Assembly (NCBI GenBank): GCA_964016885.1
Contig: OZ024746.1
Coordinates: forward strand, 48,050,001-48,114,000
DNA length: 64,000 bases
Reading direction: 5' to 3'
Origin: Eledone cirrhosa
Taxonomy: Eukaryota
The notes under the pieces: model-generated
Databases searched by the model: none
Seen by the model: only the letters and a program-made list of their open reading frames with translations
Told to the model about the DNA's origin: nothing
Translations under genes and position numbers: made by a program
Part shown: positions 26,974 through 42,089 of the stretch, piece by piece
Numbering within the stretch: position 1 is the first letter of the stretch
Layout: each line of letters starts with the position of its first letter

Positions 26974-28609
26974 TATATATATCTCTATATATATACTACA
27001 CACACATGGGCCCCCACACACACATACATACATAAACAAATACATATAATTATTATCATCATCCTCATCATTTTTACATCCATTTTTCCTGGCTATCATG
27101 GGTTGGATGGGATGTCTTGAAACTGTTTTACAGCTAGATGCCCTTCCTGATGCTAAACCTTTTAGTCACCTTGCATGACATGTGGAGATATGGTGCACCT
27201 ATTCTAAAACCAAGTATACATATACATATATAGATATACATCTTCATATATGCACATATACATATATAAATATACATAATATATCCACATATACATATAT
27301 AAATATACATAATAGATCCACATAAACCTATATAAATATGCATACTCATACAAACATGTGCACACACACTCACACACAGACACACACGTACATTCACACA
27401 TTGTAGATTGGTAAATTCCCAAATAACATAATATTAATGTATGTGCAGTATGCATACATGTATGAGTGAATGTGGATTTGCGCATCTGCAAGTTTGCTTA
27501 TGAATGACTAAAGTAAATGTCTTTCATCACATTTTGTTGCCAAGTTTTAAAGTGTCAGATAGTGACCTCAATTACTTGCATCCTGAGAATGGTTAAGACA
27601 ATATTAATCAGTTCAAGACCAAATTATCCATTTGATTTATTGCATTACTAATATCAGCAGTTTGACATGATATTCACAAATATCTCATGGATTATAATGT
27701 TCCAAACCAATCTCCCACAAGGTTAGGTGTGGGATGTATTATTTATTTATTTATTATGTAATAGTCATGATGGGTCATCTGTCGGTTTTAACGATGTGCA
27801 TTCACTCTTTTGATCAACTAAACCTCGAGCTCATGATTTAATGAGTAAGTGGCTGAGTGTTCCACAGACATGTACCTTTAGCTTGTTGACTGTCGCATTT
27901 ATTTTACACAGCTACAGTTGCTATGCCAGGTTGTTTTTCTCTAAAATGACTATTTTGATTGACAAATGTCACATCAATAAACTAGTAATCCAATCTTGTT
28001 TAAAAGTTATGAACTGTTGTAAACAAGTTCATAACTTTGAAGTTATGAACTGTTGGAAACTGCTCAAACATGTTAGGACGAATTATCTCATCTACGGCAC
28101 TGAGGAGGTTAACATAATTCTAAGGCAGAACCTGCTATTTGACAAACTTCCATATTGTTTCCACCTCCCAAATTTCATTCACAAGGCTTGGGTCAACTTG
28201 AGGCTATGGTAAAAACACTTGCCCAAAATGCCATGCAGTAGGATTGATCCTAGGACCTCATAAATATATAGCAAATTTCTTTACTCAGCCATGCCTGTGT
28301 TCATATAACATTAATTTGTTACTTAGACACAAGGTTATAAATACGTTTATAACATAAAAGTGAGTAAAGAGACTGTGTGACATTCATGCCCTTCTCAAAA
28401 GTATTGAAACTGAACTGGCTTCAACAAGGATTTAAAACCAGCCAATGGGTGGTGAGGAGAGCCACTATGAAATTACAGCCAAATAAACATGGGATGATTA
28501 TATCTGAAACTCATTTGATTGCTGTTTGTTGAGAGATTTGAATGAGACATTGTGCAGCTCTATCATCTATGAGAGCCAACAAGAAAGCCTATATGTAGTT
28601 GTTAATGAT

Positions 28610-28816
28610 TGTTTCTGATTTAGGCACAAGGTCAGCAATTTGAAGTGGAAGGGAAAGTCAATTAAATCGACCCCAGTGAGTCACTGGTACTTTATTTTAT
28701 CAAAGGATGAAACGTAAAGCTAAACTTGACGGGATTTGAACTCAGAAAGTAAAGGGCCGAAACTAAGCCGTGAAGCATGGTGCCCGACGCTCTACCACTA
28801 CTGCCAATCCACTGCC
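28610..28816 (-). mobile_element. Nin-domain SINE copy
   Basis: Reverse complement of the longer subfamily. Confidence 0.8.
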
Positions 28817-29488
28817 CTAGTTGCTAAAAATAATAGCCATATTTCCTAAATGACACACCCTACTTTCTTAAAATGAGTTGGGATTATTGTTGCTGGAACT
28901 CAGGTCTGACTTGGAGTTATACAACATCAACAACAATTACTACTACACAGAAACTCCTTTGCTACCTTCAATTGTAAAGTGTTTCATATTTCTGTCTTTT
29001 TTTACTGCTTTGTAAGGGAGAAAAGAGCAGTGCTCATGAGATTGGTGGGAGGAAAAGAGGAAGTTGTCCTCAAATATGAGAACTGGCCCCAATAGTTGTA
29101 ACAGAGTAAACTCTGCTAAAGTTACCCAAAGACCAGGTGGTGGTGCTCAACTAGGTGATGGATTAAGTTTACCACACAAGAACACAGAACACCAAGAACC
29201 CAAACAGATATCACAAGACATCTTATCTGATGTTCTAACATGTTAACCAATCCACCACTCTGGACTGGTACCTTATTTTATCAACTCCACAAGGATAAGG
29301 ATAAACAAAAAAAGAAGAAAAAAAAGGCAAAGTTGACTTCAACAGGATTTGAACTAAAAATAAAAAGTTGCAGTTAGGATTTGAACTTAATTTTACTTTG
29401 TTTAACTCTTTCAATACTGAAATGTTGCATAACATCAATGAAGTTAAGATGATGACAGCCTATCAGTGCAACTGGTGCATGTTCTGAC

Positions 29489-29680
29489 CTGACATTCTTT
29501 GATGCATAGGTGCATTATTAGAAGTTGAAGGAGATTTAGGCACTGAGCTCTTTCTGATAACATGTTTATCTTTCTCAGATTCGTTATGCATCAAACTGAC
29601 TTTGGCAGAGTTTAGTGTCTCCATTGTTTCTTCAACAAAGCTGCTTTGAGAGATTTTGCGCAAAAGGGTTGACATAGTGC
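29489..29680 (-). CDS. NCX: NCX CBD2 F-G loop cassette exon, paralogue 2 (192 nt, 64 aa)
   Basis: Long U-rich tract tttgtttgtttgtttag|GCACT ... ATGTCAG|gtcaga; phase 1-1 and open. GTMSTLLRKISQSSFVEETMETLNSAKVSLMHNESEKDKHVIRKSSVPKSPSTSNNAPMHQRMS. Confidence 0.82.
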
Positions 29681-32600
29681 CTAAACAAACAAACAAAAAA
29701 TAAAAAAAAACAAGAAAAAAACAAAAGCAAAAACAAACAATAAATAGCAGCAGTATGGAACTGAGCTTCTGCTTCAATATGGTCTGATGGCATGTAGACA
29801 GGATTTTTCCAATGAAGAAACAATGCAATGAGCTATTGTTCTATAAATAGCTGTTAAATGAATAACTGATAGTAACATAACAACAACAATAATAAATAAT
29901 AATAACAACAACAACGACAAGCATGAAGATGGTGATGGTGCTAATGATGAGAAAAGTGATGACAATGATAAGTAAATAAAGGAAAAATACAAACAACCAA
30001 GAAAAAAAAGATCTTCTGAAATAGACAATAGAATTTCTATATGCTAAATATGTATAGATTGAAAAATCATACAGTTTATTTTGTGTTATTGAAATAAATG
30101 GAATTAATAATATTATTTCTATTGATTAAAAAAAAAACAACTTTATTTAGATTGCAGCTTTATGCAAGTTTTCTTTGTTGTTGTTGTTCATTATTTTTGT
30201 TTTTATTTGTTTCCATGCCTTATATAATAACAAATAATTACTGTGGGGAAATTTATAGAACACACTGTTGAATATGTAAACATTAGGAATTGAAAATATT
30301 TTTCATAAAAAAGACAGTCAGATTTTTATATACAAAAACTTCTTCACTTAAGAATGGAAATGTGTGGATACAGGGGGAAGGGTATCTAGCAATAACTAAT
30401 GAAATATTTCTTTAAAAAAAACTAAAAAAAAAAAAAGTCAATATCTAAATTTGAACTCTTGTACAGGCGGTATATAAGAAACTATACATAATGAAAAATA
30501 AATTTTAAAGTAAATTGGATTCAGTAAAGGAAATATTTTTAATATAAATAACCTATGCAAGCCTGGGAAAATGGATGTAAAAATGATGATGATGATAAAC
30601 TGATTCCAATTTTTTTTTTTTTTGGGGCCTAGTTTCTAAATATGAAAACCAGTGCTAAGAAACTTGAAAGTACCTCAGAGGTTTGAAGAGTTTAATTTCA
30701 AAAGCTAACTAAAGAAGATTCTAAGTGGTTACTCAAATTGCAAGCAATAGCAGCCAAATCTCACTCAGATCACATGCTATTGTCTTAAAAAGAAAAGGAA
30801 GGCCAGACTAAATAATGTAGTCCTGGACAATTTTTAAAAATGCCCTTCAGTGCAGGTAGGGCAGTGCCCATGACCTTTTACAGGGCATTTGTGATTGGTT
30901 GGAGGACGTTATCCTTAGATTAAAGACCAGGCCCAAATACTTGCAACAGACTAGACTCCACAGAAGGCATCCAAGGGCCAAATGGCTGTAACAAACTAGG
31001 CAACAGATTAAGTCTACCACCCAGAAACAATCCTTTCAAAAGGTTTTCATGCAATTTCCTTGTACCAAATTTATATACATATAGAAATGACTTCTACAGG
31101 ACTAGAAGTGTTTCATTTGAAGTAAATCATTAGTGCTTTCCTGATGATTTCCTTCGAATCAAACAGTTCTAATCCTGTAGCAGCCATTTCTATATTTAAT
31201 ATTGTATATACTCTATGTATATACAATAATGATATATTAAATATCAAATAATACATATTATATATAAATATATTAAAATAAAAAATATATATTTATTTAT
31301 ACACGGTATATATATAATTTATTATATATAAACAATTTTATTCATTATATATTAATTACAATTTGAGTGTAGGCAGGTATCTCTGGAAGTAGGGCTGGGT
31401 GGGGGGTGGGGGGTGAAAGTATTACGTGGCCATGGGGGTGGGTGGAGGAGTTTGAGAACCTTTGCTTTTAATGATGAGTCCAATGCTCTAAACTCTATGT
31501 CTATATATATATATATACACAAAAGAGAATGTCAAATTAAAATGTACAAGTAGATCAATTCGACAATAATTAGTAGTGATATGCATATGTATTAAAACTG
31601 AATATGACAAACAAACAAAAATAATTTTTACAAAAATATCACATGTTTAAATGAATTAATACATCTATAGATATGTAGAAAAATAGGAGATAAATATAAT
31701 GAAATATAAATATCAGGTCGATGTGTAGTAGCAATAATAGCAGCACTCCCTGAATATGAAGTCTTGATTACCAACATCAATAATATATCATTGATACTGA
31801 AACAAGATGCCTTTAACATTAAGGCAAATTTGAATACAATTTTATAAAATAGACCTATAATACTTAAATAGCATTAAATATGTTTATCAGCAGTGAAAAT
31901 ATAGAAGGTGGTGGTGGGCAATACAGTAGGTTCAAATTAACGGAAAATTCTTTTAAGAGTAAAGAAATAAACTGAAAACAACCCAAGTTGTTAGTGTGAT
32001 TTTAACTCTTTTGATACCAAATGCTGCTCAATATAATGTCATCCCACAACCCAAATTTCACTGATATGAATGAATGTCATAATTGTTTCTACTTTAGGCA
32101 CAAGGCCAGCAATTACCCAGTACATTACTGGTACTTTATTTTATCAACCCCATAAGGATGAAAGGCAAAGTTAACCTCGGCATGTCATAATGAAAGATAA
32201 AAATATGATGGAAATGTCTCTCTTAACATCCACTAGTTACTCATATTTCTATGTTAGTGGTCACACCATACAAGATTGAAAGTAAAAATACACACAAATG
32301 TACACCAGGTTCAAACACAGAGGAGCCGGAACTCCCACTGTCATCGCCTCCATCTCTTGCCCTCCCATCTCTCATCATTATGAGCAAATGCGGTCCCATG
32401 CGCTGGCCGCTCCTTGACCTCAGCGGACAGAATAGAGAAGGCATTTCCCCCGGAGGATGGTGAAGGACAAGCAACTTGTTATCTTGCAGTTCTGAAATCA
32501 AATACTGCCAAAGTCAGATTCTCATTTTATAAAGTAGGTGTCCACAAAACAAGAGCCAATTTTAGACACGGAACATGTGATAAGATTTTATGTAAGAATC

Positions 32601-33197
32601 TTTGTTAAATTATGTTCCAAACACTAGCTTATGAAAAAAGTTATTTTACTAAATCCACCTAAATTGTTCATTATTTAAAATATTATTTGGAAATCACAGG
32701 CATTTTGTCGTAAGAAATAGGGTAACAAAGGCATTGATTATTTTTCAATACATATAAAGATGAGAAAACTCATCGCTCGATAAATCGTGCGAAACCATTT
32801 TGCTGGTTTGAGAGCTGATGAGGGTGAAGATGTGTGTGTGTGTGTGTGTGTGTAAACTTGTCTTGTACATTGCCTTTATTTATTTCCTCTTCCGGTCATT
32901 TCTGTGGGGCAACACACTTCTCCTTGTCCTCCTCCTCCTCTTTCAATCATTTTTATATTTCATCTGTCTGTCACTCACCTAGTGGATGTCTCTCTGATGA
33001 CCATGGGCTGCTGGTCTGTCCTCTGAGGCATTTTTACCCATCACTGTCTTTGACAGCATTTAGCTGTTTTAACAGCTGTTCTAGCGATAAGTTTTCTCCT
33101 TTTTATATGTATTCAAATACACTCTTGCTTCGTCTCAATCAGAGACAACATTGTTTTGGGAACAAAGCCTTGATTTCATTTTGTTTTCCATTAGAAA

Positions 33198-33254
<57 letters not shown>

Positions 33255-33742
33255 CATTGAATGTATGCACATCTTTGTAGACCGTGTAAATTTACTAAAA
33301 TGTTGGTCATACAGTACAAAATTATAGTTACATCAAACAAAAGTAGCTTAAAATATATGATTAATGTAAGTATTTGAAAATCTGACTCCATGCCTCAATA
33401 CATTTTGAAGCAGATGTTCAAAATATAATATAACAACTATGTAACTATATTATAAAGTTGATATTTACACGCATTTTGGATGAAAGAAACAGTCTAACAA
33501 TATTTCATTAAGTCAAATCTAAATTTGAAATAAATATATCAATAACTGGATATCAAAGTAAAACAATTATTTCCAGCAAAGCAAAATAAATTGATTAACC
33601 AATTTAATCAAATGTTTGTCAGACATCAAATGTTAACATGATTAACATTGGGAGATACCTATAATTTTTTCAGACATCATTGACATCTAGTGAAGTGGAT
33701 AATTACAGGATGACAATGTTTGTGTGTGGCAAATTTATTTAG

Positions 33743-33787
<45 letters not shown>

Positions 33788-33933
33788 CACATATATACAT
33801 ACGCCTACATAATACATATATATACACAAACACATATATACAAATATTATATATAGTTTAATAAATGAACAGAGAACAAAAAACAGAGAAGCAGTACAAA
33901 TGATATTAGTATTAGTTTCACGCTTGAGAGTGG

Positions 33934-33994
<61 letters not shown>

Positions 33995-34055
33995 GAGAGA
34001 GTGAGAGAGAGAGATAGAGATAGAGAGAGATTCCTACAAGCGATGCATATATATT

Positions 34056-34760
34056 GCAAATAAATACTCAACACAGTTGTATGCTACCTAAGGTTTCAAA
34101 GTCTACTCTAGGATAAGTATTAGTGTTGCTTATCTTCCAGGCAATACCAAGATGGATGACGTTATTAACACGAGATCTCATCACGTGCAAAGTAAGTAAT
34201 CGTAATGTAATAAACATTGTATTTTTGTTATTCCGGGGTATCAAATGATGTGTCAGTAAATTGTGTTTTTTTATTATCAAGGTATAGTTTTTGTGCGTGT
34301 GTGTATATATTTATGTTTATATTATTAATAAATGTGGAGTGTGATATGTGTTTTGTTAAAGGTGTATGTGTTATTTATAAAGCTTAATGTATCTAGCCTC
34401 TTCGTTCCTTTAATGTAAGGGTACGACCTATCCAGAATGTTCCATTTAATCGTGTATGGTATACTTCATATTTCAGTTTGCATACACGATTTGCCAGTGT
34501 TGTGGCTGTCCTAAATTCCTGGTGCCGAAAGGACATGATATATAAGTTGTACTGTTCTTTAAACCGATCCTGTGTCATACCCACATATTGTTCTCTGTTC
34601 ACTGTATGGATCGTTGTAAGTGGTGTGATGGTAGCTTCATATATGACCATATAGGAACAAAGATGAATGCCCTTTGCAATATATACGATCTCTAAGACCT
34701 ATGCTAGAGTAGACTTTGCAACCTCAGGTAGTATGCAACTGTGTTGAGAATTTATTTATA
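34056..34760 (-). mobile_element. Penelope-like element: GIY-YIG fragment between inverted pseudo-LTRs
   Basis: ORF 34393-34650 reads VIYEATI..QYVGMTQDRFKEQYNLYIMSFRH..TATTLANRV. About 34058-34125 is inverted at about 34693-34760. Confidence 0.8.
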
Positions 34761-34855
34761 GTAATATACTTTAGCTCTGCACATAACAGAGCACTTTTTC
34801 TTTTATGTAGTCTATGGAAACGCTTGACAGCCGGATGGCTGGAACAGGTAAAAGA

Positions 34856-34970
<115 letters not shown>

Positions 34971-35744
34971 GTGTATGTGTGAGTGTGTAAATAAAATATT
35001 AAATGAAGCAAGAATATAATTGATTTACACGCTGACAATACAATATATGCAGGACAGTAGGGAAAGAATGAGACTACTTTAAAGCTCTGCTATTACTTAG
35101 ATTCATTTATTAGTGATATCTTGCTGAAAGGATTGGAGTTAGATAACAGGACTGGGAAAGGTAATTGCATAAATATAAAGGGTGCTCAGATACCTACCTA
35201 GAAAAAACTAAAAACTAGTGTTAGTGGTGATGGTGCTTGTGTAAATAAAAACCACTCAATTACATGCTATTTATATTATGTAAATACATATACTTTGAAT
35301 GATGTTGAAAAATTGATTTCTAAGTGGGGCTAACTTAAGCAAAACAATGATTAAGGCCAAGTTCCTTCCAGTTAAAAATAAGGAGTAGCAGAGTTCTACA
35401 TTATTTTTTTTTACTTTATGTATAATATTTATTTTACTAATGTTAAATAGTGAGTCTTGTTGCTCTGGAGTTTCAAACAGATGAAACTCCAGAGCCAGAA
35501 TAACAAGACTCACTATTTAGTCTTTATGAAATAAATATTTAAACTACCCCAGTATTGAGTACTCTTTTCTCTCACCTGTCAACTATATATGGGTATATAT
35601 ATGGATATATACTATTTCATTGAGACAATGCATTGCTTCTCAATTGTGCATCACACTTTAGATATGTAAAAAAAACAAAAAACAAAGGAGAATTCCTTCC
35701 TAAAATCTATGTGACTGTTGGCTTTGGTGACAGTTATAACTGAC

Positions 35745-35915
35745 CTGACACACGTTGTCGAATAGGCTCATTGCTTGCAGAGGTTGAACTGCCAAAGTAC
35801 TGCCTTTCAATTAGAGGAATCATATTGGGGTTGACTGTTCCAGAATGTACTGAGACGTTTGTCTCATCCAAGAAACAGTTGACATCACATTCTTCAAAAT
35901 AGTGTGATATAGAAC
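35745..35915 (-). CDS. NCX: NCX CBD2 F-G loop cassette exon, paralogue 1 (171 nt, 57 aa)
   Basis: ttgcatgctgtttttag|GTTCT ... GTGTCAG|gtcagt; phase 1-1 and open. GSISHYFEECDVNCFLDETNVSVHSGTVNPNMIPLIERQYFGSSTSASNEPIRQRVS. Confidence 0.78.
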
Positions 35916-36432
35916 CTAAAAACAGCATGCAATATTTAAGATCTCTGAAATAGGAAAAACAAACAAAAACAAAAATAAACAAAAAACATAAGGGTTTTAA
36001 CAAAGGTACAAGGCTACAATTTTGGTTGGGTGAGGTATAGTCAGCAATAGACTATATCAACCCCAGTACTTCACTGGAATTTACTTTACAATAAAATGTA
36101 GGAAAATAGTATATTGATACTTTTCACAGCTTTTGAAGTTAGTTGAAATAAATATTAGACATTAAATCTAGAAAATGTCTTGGATATATATAAAAGAGAA
36201 AAAAGGTGACTATATGGTGTTCACATCCAACTCAAAATCATCAACAAACATATATGAAGGGAAATTGCTTCAGCTGGGAAAGAAAAACTATATCATAGTC
36301 TCAGTTTAGTGAGAGCTAACATCACATTATATAGTGCTTCTTAGATAATATAGATGTGAGGGAGTTTATAATAACATTATGAATGATTGCAATAATATAA
36401 AACAACTATTCACACGTTGTTATTTGTTAAAG

Positions 36433-36617
36433 GGCAGTGGATTGGCAGTATCGGTAGAGGGTCGGACGCCATGCTTTCCAACATAGTTACGTCCCTTTAC
36501 GATCTGAGTTCAAATCCCGCTGAGGTTGACTTTGCCTTTCATCCTTACGGGGTCGATAAAATAAAGTACCAGTAATGAACTGGGTAATTGCTGGCCTTGT
36601 GCCTAAAGTAGAAACAG
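36433..36617 (+). mobile_element. Nin-domain SINE copy (young)
   Basis: Near-identical to the reverse complement of 14078-14257; TSD-like gttatttgtt. Confidence 0.88.
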
Positions 36618-39600
36618 TTATTTGTTTAAGCTGGTTAACAAAGAGGGTTAATACTAATTAACTCTTAACATCCTCTAATGATTTCTTCTGGATGAAGTGA
36701 TGTTGCTATGTGATAAATGTGACTGACAGAGCAGTCACAAAGTTGATTTTTGACCATCAATATTCAAAGGTTTATTTCTGTTTGGAGTAGTGTATGTTGA
36801 CTGTGTTTCATTCTAGCATTGTGCTATGATATGAGTAGAGCCTCAATCTTCTATTTTTGCAGGAAATTATATATCGTATAGATGCTAATATAAACACACA
36901 TAACAACTACTAATAAAAAGCAAGATTAAATACCCAACTGATGACCTATAAATGTAACAGCAAAAAATATGCAGGCAGCAACCCACTAACATCACTTCAC
37001 CCAGAAGATGAGACTATGAAAGTCTAGAAACATTCATAAAAAATTTTGAAACCTTCCTGTTCAAAACCAACAGCAAGGAATTCATATAGAAATATGAAAA
37101 ACATCTTTGATGAAAACAGATAAAACTAGAACATAGGTATGTTTTCAATGCATGTCTAAAAGAAAAGCTCTTCCCCAGCAATAGAATTATATACAGCAAA
37201 GAAAAAGGACACCAAATGATTTAGACAAGAAACTAGCTTTTCTTTAAGAATTCAATATAAATCTAGTTTGACGGGTATGGTATCATCATACTGTAATAAT
37301 TTTATAGATTTAGGAAGGAAGAGGCAACTGATTAAATTGACATCAGTATATTACTGATACTTATTTCATCAGCCCCCTGAATGATTTGCACTCAGAAAGA
37401 TATGTTAATAAACACCATATTGAAGCTGGTCCAATGCTGCTCTAAATTTCACTGAAATAATGTTGAATGAATGTCATAATTGACAAGCAACTTATTTTGC
37501 AGTTCTGAGATTAAATACTGCCAAACTGAGATTCTCATTTTGTAACACAAGTGCCCTTAAAACAAGAGCCAGTTTTAGACAGGGAACGTGATAGCAAAAG
37601 TATAGATATACAAAAAATACCCAGTCCACGCTGTAAATTGGTTGTGTGTGTGTCACGACAAAAAGCATGCAGCACACACTGTAAATGTGATTGGCATTAG
37701 GAAGCATCCAGCTGTAGAAACCCAGCCAAAATCAATCCTGTGTGAGCGAAACACGGTCCTCTAACCTGACCTCTCCCAAAGGACAGCCCATCCTACTCGT
37801 GCTAGCGTGGAAAGTGGATGTAAAACGATGATGTTGATACAGTAAATTGTATCCAATGTTGTATGCATCATTTGCTATGTAGTACAACATGTTTACAGAT
37901 TTTGCTCAGCCATTGATAACCATGGTTATTCAACAGAAAATATCAGCAATTAGCCAAAGAAACTACATCTAACAGCTAGAAAATATAGAGTGCATACGTC
38001 TGAGGTAGCAAACAAAAGCAGGGTAGTTGCCAGTTCAAATTCTTGTCATGTCCACTGCAAGACAATTCACTTTAAACAGTCAAGTAAATTTAGATTTAAC
38101 AATGCACTATAAGCTACACTGTAAAATTTCTGAATGTTTTATTAACTCAGTGCCAACTTCCACCCAACCTGTGGGGCTTGAGAAAGCAATGTGAAACTAA
38201 TGCAGAGCATTTCTCCTCTGTTAAGTCACTCACTTACCAATAAAATAACAAATCTAATAATTACCACTTGACAGGTAAAGAGTTGCAGCTGACCAATTTG
38301 ACTAAGTGTAAACTTACAAGCTGACAGATCAATATATTGCATCTTAACAATGAAACTACTCTGTTCTCAGCAAACTCACTTAACAGGAAAATCTAGTAGC
38401 TATATCAGTAAAGATAGGTTGCAGAAACACATTGGGCTTAATTACAATTGATTTGAATTTAATTAAATTACAATTCTAGAAGCAAATCTTCTTTGGGATA
38501 GAAGATAACAGAAAGTCACTCCATAACACCCTCCCTGGATATATGAAAACAGAGTATTCATTGACAATTCATAAAGACATTAGTTGTGAAATATAACCCT
38601 TTTTATGCTGATATTGAGGGCAAGTCCCATAAACCGAATGTACTGCAGAGGGATTTAGTCTTCATATAGTTTGAACAGGGGTGAGTTCCATGAGACTGAG
38701 TTTCTTCATCATGGCCCATCATCATCAGTGTTTAACATCCATTTTCCATGTCTGCATGGATTCAATATATTATAAGACAAGCTCCCACTCACCCGTCATG
38801 AAGTACTGAGAAGTGTCGGCAATTGTAGACATTACGGTAGGGAATCCACTCATCTCCAAACAATAATCACTGGGAGAGTTGAACTCAGCAATGCTAACTA
38901 ACAAAACAACACAATATATGGTAGTGAGTTGTTCTTCCCCTTAGGGCACCTATTAACATTAAAAGGACTGAGCAAGTGTTAAACAGATAAACACTAGAAT
39001 GCTAAGAACAGGATTCAGACTACCAGGTTTTATGCATTAACTACACCAGTTTAGGAGAGTCTGCAGAGATTATATGCACTGATCTCCCACCCCCAAAAAC
39101 TTATAATAATCAGCATCGTTTTTATGTTCAATTTTTTATCCATGCAAGCTGGGACGTTTTTGAGGCAGTATTCTATGTTCTGATGCCAAGCCCTTTTTTG
39201 TTTTAAAGTAAGATACTGATCCTTGCATCACTGCAAAAATGATCCTGTGATTTAGATGCTGGAATAGCCATGCACTCTCACAAGCCTCACCTGACACTTT
39301 GATCAAATAATACACTATTCAGTTATTTACAGAAGTTCCCAAGAGCAAGAGACCATTAATAGGTGTGCAATATTAGATTGTAGATCTTTTGGAAATCTTA
39401 TTTTACAAACGATGGACTGACTGGTAGTCACTGAAGAACATCAAGGATTGAAAGAAGATGATAAAAGTGATGATTGTTTACAACTGTTTTCATAGCTGTT
39501 TAGATGTTGCATATGACAGAAAGTGGGTTAATGTCAAATTAAAACTTTTGAGGATCAACAGTTGATGGAAAAATATATGTAAGGTGGAACTTTCAAACAG

Positions 39601-41518
39601 TTGCCTTACTAGAGAAGAATATGCTTCAGTATAGAAAACAAACTATGGTGTGTACAGCCTGAGTAAATGAAAGTACTCTCTATTGCATAAGTGATAAGGT
39701 TTTCAATAGTAATTAGTGGATTTAAGTGTAGGACACTTATTAGGATTCTGGTGTCTAAAACCTTGACTATATCTATGTTTGTAAATAGAGCTACCATTCA
39801 ATGATGAAGAGGCAGAAGCATCACAGCATTGGATGAAATGCTTGTCAGTATTTATTCTCCTTAAGTTATAGGTTCAAAATCTGCCAAGGCCAACTTTGCC
39901 TTCTATCCTTATAGGACTGATAAATAGAATACTAATCTATCTAGGGCAGGGGAGTGGTTGGAGCATTGAATGGGATGCTCTGCAGTATTTGTTCATCTTT
40001 TTGTTCAAATCCCAACATGGCTTTGGGAGTAGACTTAATCACTTCCACCTGATCTTTAGGGTCCTTTAGTCTACTATGTCAACAGCATTAGGGCCAGCTC
40101 TATTATGATGATACTTTTCACCCTTTCTCACACCAGTTACAGAGGCTGTAAAAATGGCCATTGGCACTGCTTTTCCACCTGACTAAATAATAAAAACATT
40201 TGTAACACTTAACAAAATAACATAATTTCAACAAATACAATAAGCATAAAATATTTTGAATCAAATTTCTATACCAGTCAATCAACCAGCTAGACTGCTT
40301 TTGAATTAACTAGTCATAAAAATAACCCCAAAGCCCTGGAGAGCAAAGATTATATATGTATATATTTTGAAATTAAAAATAGACAAAAGAAAAAGGGAAT
40401 CAAATATATTTCATAGAGAAAAAAACAACAAAAATAACCATAAGAGGGGTAAATAAAAAAAAAAGCTACAGTAACAACATAAATAGTAAAAGGGTTAAAA
40501 TGACACAGACAAGAGGTTAGATTTAAATTACAGAAAGCAGCATCTGTAAATTATACAGACGGTGCATTCTAAAGAGATCACAAAATTTTGAATATTGATT
40601 AATGAAAAAAGATATTCTAACTACATCTAGAAAATGGTGCAAAATGTCTATACAAAAATGATTAAAAGAAAAACAAATATAAAAATATGTTTATAATAAA
40701 TAAAATAGAAAAGTAACCTTGTTCAATTATCTGTAGAAGATTTATTTTGAAAGGATGAAAAATATATAGATAAGGTAAACATATTTTCTTTCATTTGTGT
40801 GTGTGGGGGGGGGGGGGGGGGGGGGGGGGGGAAGGATACAAAACTTAAGTTACTAAATGTTTTTAAAGCAAAAGCATCTAGGATTTGGTGCATAGACAAA
40901 ATGTGTGAAGTGGTGCAATATATATATATAAGGGACTTTGCAATTTTCAATATATATATATATATATATATATATTGAAAACTGCAAAGTCCCTTAAACT
41001 ACACAACCGATCGGAAATTCTTTCTGCTTTGTCACTCTAAATATAAATTATAGCTTTAAAGAATTCCCTTTTCTTTAAACCCATCAACCAATGAGCTCCA
41101 CCCATCCCAATCCCCACCCTATATATATATATTGACACACACATATATATATATATAGCATGACTATATATGATAAAGTTGATTAAAGATAATTCATTGT
41201 TACTTCATGTCTCATACACTGTTAAACAACTAAGCAGTCTTCGAATGATACACAGGGCCGTTCTCCAGGGAAAATCAAAACAAAACAACAAAAAAACAAA
41301 AGAGAAAAAGAAAAAAAAACCAGACATATATCCATGAGGAAAGCCCTATTTACTATCTGAAGATTACTTAGTTGTTTAACAAGGTATGGAACTCGAAATG
41401 ATAATGTTTTGTCTTTTAAATGCTTATATCATATAATTTTCCTCAACACTTGTGCTGAGTACTCTAATTATTTTGTTTAATATTGCTAATTATTTAACTG
41501 GAGAGAGAGAGAGAGAGA

Positions 41519-41580
<62 letters not shown>

Positions 41581-41660
41581 CTTCAGTGCTGAAACCATAG
41601 AGACCAGAAATTATGGGGATTCTCTCTCTCTCTCTCTATATATATATATAGAGAGAGAGA

Positions 41661-42042
41661 GGCACATGGCTTAGTGGTTAGAGCATTGGCCTTTATAATC
41701 GAAAGGTTGTGAGTTCAATTCTCAGACTGGGTGATGTGTTGTTTCCTTGAGCAAGACACTTTATTTCACATTGCTCCAGTTTACTCAGCTGTAGAAATGA
41801 GATGATAGGGACTGGGGGTCCCTATCATTCCACTGCAAAGTGGTCGTGGAGGTGCCATGGCAAAAAAGCACCCAGCCCACACTGTAAAGTGGACGTGTAG
41901 TGTAGGTGCCACTGAAAAAAGCTCCCAGCACAAACTGTAAATGAGGTTGGTGTTAGGAAGGGCATCCAGCTGTAGAAATCAATCCAGAATCAATTCCCGT
42001 CCCACCCTTGCAAGCATGGAAAAGCAGACGTAAAATGAAATG

Positions 42043-42047
<5 letters not shown>
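41661..42047 (+). mobile_element. tRNA-derived SINE with RTE-LINE-derived 3' tail
   Basis: Box A tggcttagtggttagagc and box B gagttcaattctc. Tail gttaggaagggcatccagctgtagaaa..catggaaaagcagacg..gatg is shared with the RTE 3' end at 54635-54790. Confidence 0.8.

Positions 42048-42089
<42 letters not shown>

Noticed and set aside
41661-41735. tRNA-like sequence (also near 10113)
   Set aside because: SINE head without a complete cloverleaf; it continues into the SINE body.
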